From: a virus
Lineage: Duplodnaviria; Caudoviricetes
Reading direction: 5' to 3' (one strand)
DNA length: 64,000 nt
IMG/VR virus record: IMGVR_UViG_3300037722_000745
Location: 192,001 to 256,000 of that record
In this document: positions 32,976 through 41,652 of the stretch, piece by piece
How positions within the stretch are numbered: position 1 is the first letter of the stretch
How the letters are laid out: every line of letters begins with the position of its first letter
The notes under the pieces: model-generated
Databases searched by the model: none
Seen by the model: only the letters and a program-made list of their open reading frames with translations
Told to the model about the DNA's origin: nothing
Made by a program: the position numbers and the translations under genes

Positions 32976-32994
32976 GTCTCGCCGCAGCGAGCAA
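32976..32994 (-). repeat. Solitary Cas12j-family repeat (3' 19 nt)
   Basis: gtctcgccgcagcgagcaa abutting a 15-bp tandem duplication (32944-32973). Confidence 0.85.
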
Positions 32995-33009
32995 AGCTCG
33001 GGAGCATCA

Positions 33010-33576
33010 ATGACCGAAGAACCCGCCGCCCCAAAGGCCACCAAGAAGCTCAATGCATACCGAGATCTGATCCTGGCTGCTGCGGCACTCGCAACCGCCG
33101 TTGGATCCTGGCTCAAGCCCGCTGACACCACCGCAACCGAGAACACTTACGAGTGGACCGCCGAGAAGATCGAGACTCTGTCCGAGAACGACGCGAAGCT
33201 ACACGCTGACGTGGTGGCCCTCCGCGGCTTCCTGGAAGGCTATATGGCCGGCCACGAGGTCGAAGTCGAAGACGAGGTCGAAGAGACCTCTAGACGCCCT
33301 ACCCGCACGCAGAACCGCCGCACATCTCGCCGTCCTTCATCAGACAGCTCTGGCAGCGACCCTGCACGACCTGCCGCAGCGGCGGCACCGAAGGAAACGA
33401 CGGCACCGGTGGTACCAGAGAATCCGCTAGCCGCCGACGACACCCCACCTGCACCACCACCGAAGCCCGCCCTACCTGAAATGAAAGCTCACCCAGAAGC
33501 CCTGAAGGCACCTAAGTTCTCCGACATGATGCAGCAGAGGGAAGCTCCACCTCCGCCACCTCCGACGGCAAAGTAG
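33010..33576 (+). CDS. Hypothetical Pro-rich protein with N-terminal hydrophobic segment
   Basis: GGAG RBS, ATG at 33010. Confidence 0.65.
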   Translation: MTEEPAAPKATKKLNAYRDLILAAAALATAVGSWLKPADTTATENTYEWTAEKIETLSENDAKLHADVVALRGFLEGYMAGHEVEVEDEVEETSRRPTRTQNRRTSRRPSSDSSGSDPARPAAAAAPKETTAPVVPENPLAADDTPPAPPPKPALPEMKAHPEALKAPKFSDMMQQREAPPPPPPTAK

Positions 33577-33647
33577 GCCCACCCGGACTCGAACCGGGAC
33601 CTACCCGTTTATGAGACGGGGACTCTGACCAATTGAGCTATGGGCCC
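33574..33647 (-). tRNA. tRNA-Ile2/Met(CAT)
   Basis: Cloverleaf, loop CT-CAT-AA. Confidence 0.85.
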
Positions 33648-33650
33648 GCG

Positions 33651-33726
33651 TGGTGGACCTGGTCGGAATTGAACCGACGACTTCTACCGTGTCGAGGTAG
33701 CACTCTGGCCGCTGAGTTACAGGTCC
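33651..33726 (-). tRNA. tRNA-Val(GAC)
   Basis: Cloverleaf, CCA encoded. Confidence 0.9.
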
Positions 33727-34211
33727 AAGATGAGTTGGTGGGTTCGTAGTGTTCGTCGTTCCAACGCCTCGCGATCGTTGTCGTTCCGAATCACGTAGTC
33801 CGCTACCTTTAGCTTTTCCGACAAAGGAAGTTGACTCCAACCGCTTCTGAGCCTCGACTTCCGACAGCTTGTTGCGCTTCATCATCCGACGTATCTGCAA
33901 CGATGGCTCCGCCGCGACGACAATGAGCTTGTCCATGTGCTTGTAGGTGCCCATCTCGACGTGGAGAGCCGCATCGTAGACGACATAGGGGGCCGGGCCT
34001 TGTTGCGCTACGCCAACCCGTGGATAAGCGGGTGCACGTACTCTTCACCGAAGCATCTAACCAGCTCACGAAAGCCGAACGTCCCTGGGGCCGCTGCGTC
34101 GAGGGCCAGTTCGTCGGCGTCGATGATCACCACGCCTTGCTTGGCGAGAACACGCCCTACGGTACTCTTACCTGAGGCAATACCTCCCGTCAGTCCAACA
34201 ACCCGCTTCAC
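33717..34211 (-). pseudogene. coaE: Dephospho-CoA kinase pseudogene
   Basis: VGLTGGIASGKSTV..DAD; PYVVYDAALHVE..MDKLIVV and QLPLSEKLKVADYVIRN lie in shifted frames; internal segment missing. Confidence 0.8.
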
Positions 34212-34468
34212 GGAGCCCCGAACGGTTCAACGTCGATCTTCACGTCGATCTCTCGGCTACAATTCATGCAGCGGTACCGACGAACACCGTCGTCTAGAGG
34301 TTCGAGGCTTGTAATGAAAGCTTCTGATCGGTCGCAGTATTCGCAGGGCGCCAGGATGATCGTGTGGTGAGCGATCTCCGACACCAAGTCCGACAACGTG
34401 GTCACGATGGACTTCAATGCCAACCACAACCGACGCTTGGGATACCCACACTCAGAAAGCTTGATCAC
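34208..34468 (-). CDS. Small Zn-binding hypothetical protein
   Basis: CEYC...CMNC. Confidence 0.5.
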   Translation of the reverse strand: MIKLSECGYPKRRLWLALKSIVTTLSDLVSEIAHHTIILAPCEYCDRSEAFITSLEPLDDGVRRYRCMNCSREIDVKIDVEPFGAP

Positions 34469-34704
34469 TTCACGAACTCCTCCCAGAGGCCCAGATGGGA
34501 CCTTCCGCGCTCGAACTTCGGGCAGCTTCCGTGAGCGTAGACGCTCAACTGCCGTTTACCCCCAGTATGCTTCAGGTGTTGGTAGTCGTGGATCACACAG
34601 GTCCCGAAGTTGTCGTTGTTGAAATGCCCGTGGACGCACGTGCCGCAGGTACCTCGGATCGAGTACCCGATGCGAAGCAGCTCCTCTCGTTTGTTAGCGT
34701 CCAT
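34465..34704 (-). CDS. Small Cys-rich protein (truncated paralog at about 34819-34950)
   Basis: MDANKREELLRIGY..CGTC vs MDENKKRKLQEVGY..CGFC. Confidence 0.6.
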   Translation of the reverse strand: MDANKREELLRIGYSIRGTCGTCVHGHFNNDNFGTCVIHDYQHLKHTGGKRQLSVYAHGSCPKFERGRSHLGLWEEFVK

Positions 34705-34717
34705 GATGAACTCCTAG

Positions 34718-34786
34718 CTCGGGTGCAGGGACTCGAACCCCGATAAGCGGCACCAAAAACCGCTGTACCGCGGAGCTGGGTCTATT
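34718..34786 (-). pseudogene. Degenerate tRNA-Gln(TTG), 5' acceptor strand lost
   Basis: Anticodon and T arms intact. Confidence 0.55.
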
Positions 34787-34953
34787 TGTGGAATTCCTAA
34801 CGGAGTCGGACCTGTAACTCAGTACGTGTGGTACAAGCAAGTACCCCACACCCCGCTCGGGCTCGGAAAGATCGAGTGCGTGCAGAAACCACAAGCCACT
34901 GCAACCCGGTACCCAACCTCTTGCAGCTTACGTTTCTTGTTCTCATCCATGGG

Positions 34954-35027
34954 TGGCTCGGGGAGAGGGACTCGAACCCCCATTCGTGGGACCAAAACCC
35001 ACCGTCCTACCCTTAGACGATCCCCGA
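34954..35027 (-). tRNA. tRNA-Gln(TTG)
   Basis: Cloverleaf, CCA. Confidence 0.9.
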
Positions 35028-35070
35028 AAATCCTAAACTTACAACACTCCTCTTGAGGATTCCAGTTTAG

Positions 35071-35143
35071 AGCAGGTGATGGGACTCGAACCCACGACAA
35101 CCAGCTTGGGAAGCTGACACTCTACCAACTGAGTTACACCTGC
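35071..35143 (-). tRNA. tRNA-Gly(CCC)
   Basis: Cloverleaf. Confidence 0.9.
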
Positions 35144-35343
35144 ATTTGGGCAAGAAGAAACAGGAGCGAGAAAAGCACACAGTCCCTGGGAAAGCCGAAT
35201 TGCACGCCAGCCCGTACCGGGCCTCAGGAAGCGCCTCAGATGGCCCCCTTTGGGATTGCAGGTACGTTCCAGTCAATCTCTTGACTAACTGACTAGGTCT
35301 CCTTGCCCGACGACGGAACCGAAGCCCCATCGCCCCCGACCCC

Positions 35344-35880
35344 TCACTCAACGAGCGCGGGATCCAAGCCTTCGATGTCGATCAAGGTCGCGTTCGCAAC
35401 CGCAATGGTAGCCCGAACCTTGCCGGCCTTCTTCGCGTACTCGGTCGCCCGCTCCACCGCCGCCGCCGGGGTGATGGTCGGGATCGCATGGACCTGACCC
35501 ACCTGCCTCACGTCGTCGTGGTAGCTGTACCGATCCTCCTTCGGACCGACACCTTTCCGGTACATCTTCTCGGCCCGCGCCAAACTTCCGACGAGCTTGA
35601 TCAGGAAGGCCAGCGTAGTCTCCCCGTCGGGGAACACCGAATCCTCATAGGGAACCTCAACCCTGACCGCCAAGTTGTACCGCATCTGAGCTGTCTGAAG
35701 GGTTGCGATAGCCGCCTCCGCCCTGAGGTAGGTCGCCACGACCTGTTGCGGATTCTCCTTTTCCGGTTCGTCAGGGAACCTCCTGAGGGACCCATCGTAC
35801 ATCCGAGAAGCCGTATCCCTCCGCAGCTCTTGCTGCTTGATGGCCTCCCGTAGTTGATACCCTGTCATCTTCATGTTCAT
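35344..35880 (-). CDS. Hypothetical protein
   Basis: ORF from MNMKMTGY. Confidence 0.6.
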   Translation of the reverse strand: MNMKMTGYQLREAIKQQELRRDTASRMYDGSLRRFPDEPEKENPQQVVATYLRAEAAIATLQTAQMRYNLAVRVEVPYEDSVFPDGETTLAFLIKLVGSLARAEKMYRKGVGPKEDRYSYHDDVRQVGQVHAIPTITPAAAVERATEYAKKAGKVRATIAVANATLIDIEGLDPALVE

Positions 35881-35883
35881 CTC

Positions 35884-35955
35884 CATCTGCTGGGGAATCG
35901 AACCCCTGAGCGCCTGCATGCCATGCAGGCGCTCTCCCAACTGAGCTACAGCCCC
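35884..35955 (-). pseudogene. tRNA-Ala(GGC) with replaced 3' acceptor strand
   Basis: 5' GGGGCTG, D, anticodon and T arms intact; 3' end runs into an ORF start. Confidence 0.65.
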
Positions 35956-35959
35956 TTAG

Positions 35960-36031
35960 CGCCCCCGGCAGGACTCGAACCTGCGTGACCCGCTTAGGAA
36001 ACGGGGGCCTCATCCGCTAGGCTACGGGGGC
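35960..36031 (-). tRNA. tRNA-Arg(CCT)
   Basis: Cloverleaf. Confidence 0.85.
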
Positions 36032-36396
36032 AGGTTTCACAAGCTCCCGGCGGCCCTCCAGGGTCTTGAATTGATCGACAAGCCGCTGTTGCTCGGCAGT
36101 GAGCGGCAGTAACGATGATCGTTTGACATCCGTCAACGTGATACTCCACTCCCGGTCCTGGCTCTTGTACCCGAGCGTTCGGGTAAAAGGGTTGTCCGCC
36201 AATTCAACAGTTTGCCGGTTTTTCTGTATGTAGCATCGCACATCATCCAACAGGTCAAACAGATTGGTGTACATCTCGGCCCATACACCAAAAAAGACCG
36301 GGTTGTGTGTCTCATTGATTACCAAAGGTGACGGGGGCCGATCATAAGGTGGGAAAGTTTGAAGGCCGTTCGAGGTGAGAAGCTGTGAACCGGTTT

Positions 36397-36468
36397 CCCG
36401 GGCGACGGGAGTCGAACCCGCTACATCCTGTTCCGTAGACAGACGCTCTTCCAATGAGCTACGCGTGT
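36397..36468 (-). pseudogene. Chimeric tRNA-Arg(ACG), mispaired acceptor stem
   Basis: ACACGCG vs CGCCCGG. Confidence 0.6.
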
Positions 36469-36496
36469 AAGCTATCTCTAGCGGAACGGCCTTCAG

Positions 36497-36544
36497 TGTC
36501 AGGACGTGGGATCGAACCACGCTGGCTTCCAAACAAGTCCTGAC
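36497..36544 (-). other. tRNA-like minihelix (acceptor plus T arm, no D arm) fused to a repeat
   Basis: GTCAGGA...CGTGG-TTCGATC-CCACG-TCCTGAC-A. Confidence 0.6.
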
Positions 36545-36563
36545 GTCTCGCCGCAGCGAGCAA
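36545..36563 (-). repeat. Solitary Cas12j-family repeat (3' 19 nt)
   Basis: gtctcgccgcagcgagcaa. Confidence 0.85.
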
Positions 36564-36592
36564 AGCAAATAGTTGTCTGGGGTGCAGACTAG

Positions 36593-36719
36593 CGGGGCTA
36601 TTGGGAGTCGAACCCAAGCTTGTAAGGACCAACAGCGTCTCGCTTGCACGAGAGAGGGTTGAACCTGGTTTGTTTCCTCGTTATTAGCAAGGTGACGGAC
36701 CGACCGTCTGTATAGCCCC
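36593..36719 (-). ncRNA. tRNA-like RNA with large variable-region insert (Y-RNA-like family, copy 1)
   Basis: Acceptor GGGGCTA/TAGCCCC, T arm, insert with GCAA hairpin and CTTACAAGC. Confidence 0.6.
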
Positions 36720-36773
36720 AGTTCGGCCGGCCCAGACCATTCTGGACCGACCTTGGCGAGAAGAAGAAGACTC

Positions 36774-37346
36774 TCAAGTCCTAGTTACACCACCGGGATG
36801 CAATTCGAAACCAATTTTCTCCCCCGTGGCGAGAAATTCTTGGGCGGCCCTCGCCAAAAGGGTGGAAGCAACCCCTATGAAGGGTAAATGCTCACCGCCC
36901 TCGCAGGTAGCAGCCCCCGCCACGCCCTCGGAATCGATGATGAAGTTCTCGTCCCAGACAACCCGTCCGAAGGCCCCATCAGCCGCCAGGGCCCCATGCA
37001 GACACGGAATCTTGGAGTCCCGGGCGAAGCCCTGGACGAGCTGTCGTGAGGCAGCATTGTCCAAGCAATCGATGATCAAGTCGGTGTTGATGAGCAACTC
37101 CCGAACGTTGACCTCGGTGAGCTTGTGCGGCACGACCGTCGGCTTAAGACCGAACATAAACAACAGGGTTTGCCCGAGCGCCTGAGCCTTGTTCTTACCC
37201 ACGCTCGGCTTGCCGTGGAATTGGGCCAGGGTGTTCTTCTGTTCCACCCGGTCGAAGTCGATGATCTTGAGGTCGGCCTCACCCCGGAGGAACAAGGCCA
37301 AGTGGGAGCCTAGAGCGCCGGCTCCAACGATGGTTACGTACTTCAT
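36774..37346 (-). CDS. ThiF/E1-like ubiquitin-activating enzyme
   Basis: IVGAGALGS, IIDFDRVEQKN..AQ, KNKAQAL, IIDCLDN. Confidence 0.88.
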   Translation of the reverse strand: MKYVTIVGAGALGSHLALFLRGEADLKIIDFDRVEQKNTLAQFHGKPSVGKNKAQALGQTLLFMFGLKPTVVPHKLTEVNVRELLINTDLIIDCLDNAASRQLVQGFARDSKIPCLHGALAADGAFGRVVWDENFIIDSEGVAGAATCEGGEHLPFIGVASTLLARAAQEFLATGEKIGFELHPGGVTRT

Positions 37347-37365
37347 AGCGACCTCCTTGCGCTCT

Positions 37366-37800
37366 TTATCGCTTTGGCAAAAAGCGCCTAGATTCATTCA
37401 TGGCGTTTTCGTACTGACGCCATTGCACCAGCTCTTTGAGGTACTCAGCGATGCGTTCCTTGTTCGCTGGATGGTCAAGTTGTATGCCATCCTTAGTAAT
37501 CAACTCGACTACCTCATCCAGAGAGTGGTTCTCTGCTAACTTAGACACAGAACCGAAGGGGACCTTCGGCCTCAGTTGGATCAAGTTGTACGGACGAGCC
37601 TCGTTTGCCGAGAATCGGTCCACCACGAAATCCGTCAGGTCCACCTCCTGTGCGTCGATGCCGGGGATACCGCCCCGCAAGGCTTCAGAGACCCACCCTC
37701 GTACATCCCCGTCCGTTGAATCGAACGCCACCGGGTCCGGCAGGTCACCATTCTGACCGCCGTAGGTGACGTTCACCTTGGCTTCGTGTTCTGCGATCAT
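37366..37800 (-). CDS. Ubiquitin-like (beta-grasp) protein with C-terminal extension
   Basis: VNVTYGGQNGDLPDPV...LRPKVPFG followed by about 60 aa; located between JAB and E1 genes. Confidence 0.6.
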   Translation of the reverse strand: MIAEHEAKVNVTYGGQNGDLPDPVAFDSTDGDVRGWVSEALRGGIPGIDAQEVDLTDFVVDRFSANEARPYNLIQLRPKVPFGSVSKLAENHSLDEVVELITKDGIQLDHPANKERIAEYLKELVQWRQYENAMNESRRFLPKR

Positions 37801-38459
37801 GTTATACCTCCTTGTGATCCAATCTTAGGCAGCCCCGACTCTCGCCGAAGCTGTTCCATCCAGGGGGGCTTGTACAGTGCAGGTCCCTTGCGGTAATCCA
37901 AGCGTCCCGGACCGACCCAACATAATTCGCAGAATCGATCCGCCGTAGTGATCCACCAGACAAGACGCTTACCCAAAGCCGCTTCAACCGCGTGGAAGGT
38001 CGTCACATCCTCATAGGACGGGCCGGGCTCTCCAAACCCCGGGTGACTGTGAGCGAAACCCAGGACGCGCTCCCGGTGCTCCCAGATGACATCCCACAGC
38101 TCGCGGCTGTCGGGAAGGCTCCCCACGGTTCGACCCGCGGGATTGTGCCAGTAGATCGGGTTGCAATCCAGATCCACCAAAACTCCAGCTTCGACGCTCA
38201 TGTGATTCCCCGTGTTCTCCATTGTGCGGACCACTGAATGCACTGACCCAAACGGATCCACATAGCGACCCGGGTAGTCAGGATGTGTAGGGAGTTTGCC
38301 CTCCGAACAGTCGTATTGAGGATCCTCCGACCACCCGCAGTTAGAACAACCCCAAGGGCCGTAAATGACCCCAACCCCCACGTCGACCGAATCCTGCCTA
38401 CAGGGCTCGCTGCATTCCGGACATTTTAACTCTTGATGGTCCACTCGGTCTTCTCCCAT
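37797..38459 (-). CDS. JAB/MPN metalloprotease (with N-terminal Zn-ribbon segment)
   Basis: JAMM motif AHSHPG...PSYED. Confidence 0.85.
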   Translation of the reverse strand: MGEDRVDHQELKCPECSEPCRQDSVDVGVGVIYGPWGCSNCGWSEDPQYDCSEGKLPTHPDYPGRYVDPFGSVHSVVRTMENTGNHMSVEAGVLVDLDCNPIYWHNPAGRTVGSLPDSRELWDVIWEHRERVLGFAHSHPGFGEPGPSYEDVTTFHAVEAALGKRLVWWITTADRFCELCWVGPGRLDYRKGPALYKPPWMEQLRRESGLPKIGSQGGIT

Positions 38460-38912
38460 TCAGCCACGCAGTCGAGGCAGAAACTGTCTTTGCCAGCCTC
38501 CTTCGAGTAGTCTGACGCTGCGAGCCACCGATGTGCCGACGGCCACGAGTTTGGCTCACCTGCGCCGCATAGTGCCAACCCGTGCCAAAGAAGGTGGACA
38601 ACCCTCACAGCGACTGGACCTTCCAGTCGTCGAGATTACAGCCCTCGGGACCGTGTTCAATGATCTGCCTCACATGTCCGGGGCCAAACGGTACCTTGTG
38701 GTTGAAGGCAGCACCGCCCTCGAACTGGTCGTACTCATCTTGATCGGTCCATCGCCGCGACGTGCAGGTGAACTGCGTCGCCGCCCCGCCGCTGAGATCT
38801 TGGATCGTCAGCTTCAGTACCTTGGGGGTCCAGCCCTTGGTTCGCGGGGTGATCGCCCAATGGTACGTCGTACCCATGAACTCTAGTTTGCGTCCCTTGT
38901 GCAGTGCCATCG

Positions 38913-39863
38913 CTAACCCACATGCCGAAACACTACAAGACGACCTTCCCGCTCCGCCTGGCGAATGACCGGCGGCAGAGATTCTAAACTCAACCAAGCA
39001 TCCCCGCGGGTGCCGCCCGCAAAATCCGTGTCGTCGTAGTGTGCCGTCAGACAGATGCCCGCGTCGATGATCTGTAGAGTCCGAGCGTCGCATGTGCACT
39101 CGTAACGCCGCCCACCCATCCGGAACCGCACGACCATCTCGTTGCGTCGCGGGGCCTGCCGGTGATCGAGATACTCAGCCTCACCAACCGCGAGAGCCGC
39201 CCGAGCCGCGGTCCCGAAATCCTCTTGGGCCAACGCCCGCCGGCCAGCACCATCACCGAGCTGCTCCGCGATCTCCCGACGACGGGTTTCCCGCTGCCGT
39301 TCCTCTTCCTCACGCTGAAGGCGTTCCGCCAGCTCCCGCCGACGCCGCTCCGCCTCCAACCGCCGCCACCGCTCAAGCGTGAAGGCGACATCCAAAGCCG
39401 GCGACACCTCTCGGATATCAGCTAGCGTATCCTTGCCGTCCAGAAAGGCCGTCTGCACCTCGAACTCGGGCCCCAGAGGCATTTCTTGCTGGATGTAGAC
39501 CAACGGGCCGTCCTCGGACACGCGGCCCGCAGAGACCCGTACGAAGCGATCTAGGCCCGGTTCGATGAGATGGACCCGCTCCGTCTCGCTCTTAAAGGAG
39601 GCGAGCTTCCTTTGCGAAGCCGACACGAGCCGATCGCCGACCAGGTAGCCTACCTCTCGGTACTTGAGCTGCTCCGGCTCGGGATCACACACCTCCTGGA
39701 CCCGAGCCGTCCGACCGCCCACCGAGAACCGAACCCAGCCATGCTCCGCCGGCAGCCGACCCTCGATCACCCACCGACGTGGGCCCGACCGGAGGGACCT
39801 ACCCCCAATCCAAGGCGCGACAAGCGTCTCGCCTTCAGTCGCAAGTAAGTCTCTCCAACCCAT
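38913..39863 (-). CDS. Putative E2-like (UBC-fold) protein containing an in-frame CRISPR repeat
   Basis: C-terminal IIDAGICL (candidate catalytic Cys); operon with JAB, Ubl and E1. Confidence 0.6.
   Translation of the reverse strand: MGWRDLLATEGETLVAPWIGGRSLRSGPRRWVIEGRLPAEHGWVRFSVGGRTARVQEVCDPEPEQLKYREVGYLVGDRLVSASQRKLASFKSETERVHLIEPGLDRFVRVSAGRVSEDGPLVYIQQEMPLGPEFEVQTAFLDGKDTLADIREVSPALDVAFTLERWRRLEAERRRRELAERLQREEEERQRETRRREIAEQLGDGAGRRALAQEDFGTAARAALAVGEAEYLDHRQAPRRNEMVVRFRMGGRRYECTCDARTLQIIDAGICLTAHYDDTDFAGGTRGDAWLSLESLPPVIRQAEREGRLVVFRHVG
39583..39618 (-). repeat. Solitary family-2 repeat inside a CDS
   Basis: gtctcgctcttaaaggaggcgagcttcctttgcgaa encodes SQRKLASFKSET. Confidence 0.88.
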
Positions 39864-40018
39864 GGCCCAGCCACCTATTACACCGATTAGGCTGCCAGCA
39901 AACAACCAAAACGAAGGGATTCGCCCCATCAAAGTGGAATTACTACCACTGTCACGGCGTCCAAATTTTGGTTTGGGATGTCACATGAGGGTTAATTAAA
40001 CACCCTGATTTCAACGAC

Positions 40019-40300
40019 GTGTTGGGTTTGGCCTACTTCCTGCAAGCCTGGCGGAGCCCTCCTGGGGCCAAAATGGAGATGAAAATGAAAGACACAGAAC
40101 GCCTGCTGCCCTGGAACCAACACGGCGACATTCACCACACGTTCACGAACAAAGGGTCTGGAATTGTCTACCCGCACGACGAAGGCTTCCACTGGGAAGT
40201 TTTTGGTGGTGGAGACAGCTCCTGGCACGACCAGGCGGAATCTCTACACTCAGCTAAAGCCCACGTAGAAGGCACCTTTGTGGGTCGCGGCCTGATTTAG
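40019..40300 (+). CDS. Hypothetical protein
   Basis: ORF track; probable start MKMKDTE. Confidence 0.45.
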   Translation: MLGLAYFLQAWRSPPGAKMEMKMKDTERLLPWNQHGDIHHTFTNKGSGIVYPHDEGFHWEVFGGGDSSWHDQAESLHSAKAHVEGTFVGRGLI

Positions 40301-40329
40301 ATCGACAAGCGGGGCGTCGTCTAATTTCA

Positions 40330-40713
40330 CTACCAGACGACGCCCCCACCTCGTTTTTCAAGCCGGCCCGCAGAGACCCGTACAAAGCGATCTAGGCCCG
40401 GTTCGATGAGATGGACCCGCTCCGCAGCACGGAGAACCTCCCCGTCCGCTTGTCCAGCCTGAACCGAGGACGGTACGAGGCGATCTCCAACGAGATAGCC
40501 AACCTGCCTGTGCCACAGGCTTTCTAACTCAGGTTCGGCCAGAGCCTTGACCTGAGCCTTACGTCCCTCCAACGCAAACTCAATCCAGCCATGCTCTACA
40601 GGAAGGCTCCCCTCGATGACCCAGCGACGGGAGCCCGACCGGAGGGACCGGCCCCCAACCCAAGGTGCGACAATCGTCTCACCTTCTTTCTGAAGTAGGG
40701 TCCTCCAAGTCAT
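40330..40713 (-). pseudogene. Truncated paralog of the E2-like gene (N-terminal 127 aa)
   Basis: APWVGGRSLRSG, EHGW, YLVGDRLV and ERVHLIEPGLDRFVRVSAGR shared with the E2-like gene. Confidence 0.8.
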
Positions 40714-41642
40714 GACTCTCCAACCCTAATCTTCCAGGACTCCAAACTCTCACCACGTCTTCTACGTCGGGCCAACTTCAGTCTTGCTTCGGGGGTACTA
40801 AGAGCCTTCGTTATAGCCTCGCTATGTTTGGCTTTAACTTCGGGGATACTGAGTGTCTGGGCTATAGCCCTACCGCGTTTCTCTTTCTCCCCAGGTTGAG
40901 CCCATTGGCCTTTCATCCTACGACTCATAGCGGCCAGCCGTTCCAAAGTCATTGATGCTTGAACACCAATCTTATGGCGCTTCTTCACCTCAGGTAGGGC
41001 CAGTCTCTTAGCTGCCTCAATGCTTAGCTTCTTTCGCACCTCACTTGTATACCCGGCTTTTTGAAGCTTGATGCGTTGCCCCCTTTCCTCGGCCGAGTAC
41101 CCAGCCCAAGATGCCTTAAGACCCGCACTACGTTTCTCCTTCTCACCGGGTCTGGAGTAAACCTCCAACATCTTAGCTCTACGACGAGCTTTAGAATCAG
41201 GTTGACTGCAGGCCAAGATCAACGCTTCACGGTGCCTAGCCTTTACGTCGGGCCGTGCCATAGCTAACTTTACCCCAGCACTGTTCTTAGCTCGAACCTC
41301 CGGCCTATTCTGAGCCTCTTTCCCAGACACCGACATTTTCCGTCGAGTCTCTGCCGAAGGCTTCCCGTTTGACCCACCTGTCTTCAGATTGTACCCAAGC
41401 GGAGACAGAGAGGTGGCCACCCATTTAATTTCCAGCGCATCCAATTCCTCTTTCGAGGATGCCTCACCAACGACCTCAAACACGAATTTGTCTCGGCCAT
41501 ACTTGGCGATAGCCGCCCGCAAAGCGTGGCAATGGCTGTCAGTCCTGAAATGATGTGACCACCTCTCCGAAGGGTTGATGGTTTGACCGTGGTAACATTT
41601 TCCGCTGACCAAACAACGAATCCTGTAAACCAAACCGTACAC
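40710..41642 (-). CDS. GIY-YIG homing endonuclease with NUMOD3-like repeats
   Basis: GLVYRIRCLVSGKCYHGQT, GYNLKTGG, SAETRRKMS. Confidence 0.88.
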   Translation of the reverse strand: MYGLVYRIRCLVSGKCYHGQTINPSERWSHHFRTDSHCHALRAAIAKYGRDKFVFEVVGEASSKEELDALEIKWVATSLSPLGYNLKTGGSNGKPSAETRRKMSVSGKEAQNRPEVRAKNSAGVKLAMARPDVKARHREALILACSQPDSKARRRAKMLEVYSRPGEKEKRSAGLKASWAGYSAEERGQRIKLQKAGYTSEVRKKLSIEAAKRLALPEVKKRHKIGVQASMTLERLAAMSRRMKGQWAQPGEKEKRGRAIAQTLSIPEVKAKHSEAITKALSTPEARLKLARRRRRGESLESWKIRVGES

Positions 41643-41652
41643 AACCGCAGTT

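Noticed and set aside
36636-36653. CTCG-N6-CGAGAC hairpin resembling a Cas12j repeat end
   Set aside because: Lacks the TTG/ATTG 5' element and is better explained as the GCAA-capped helix shared with the Y-RNA-like elements.
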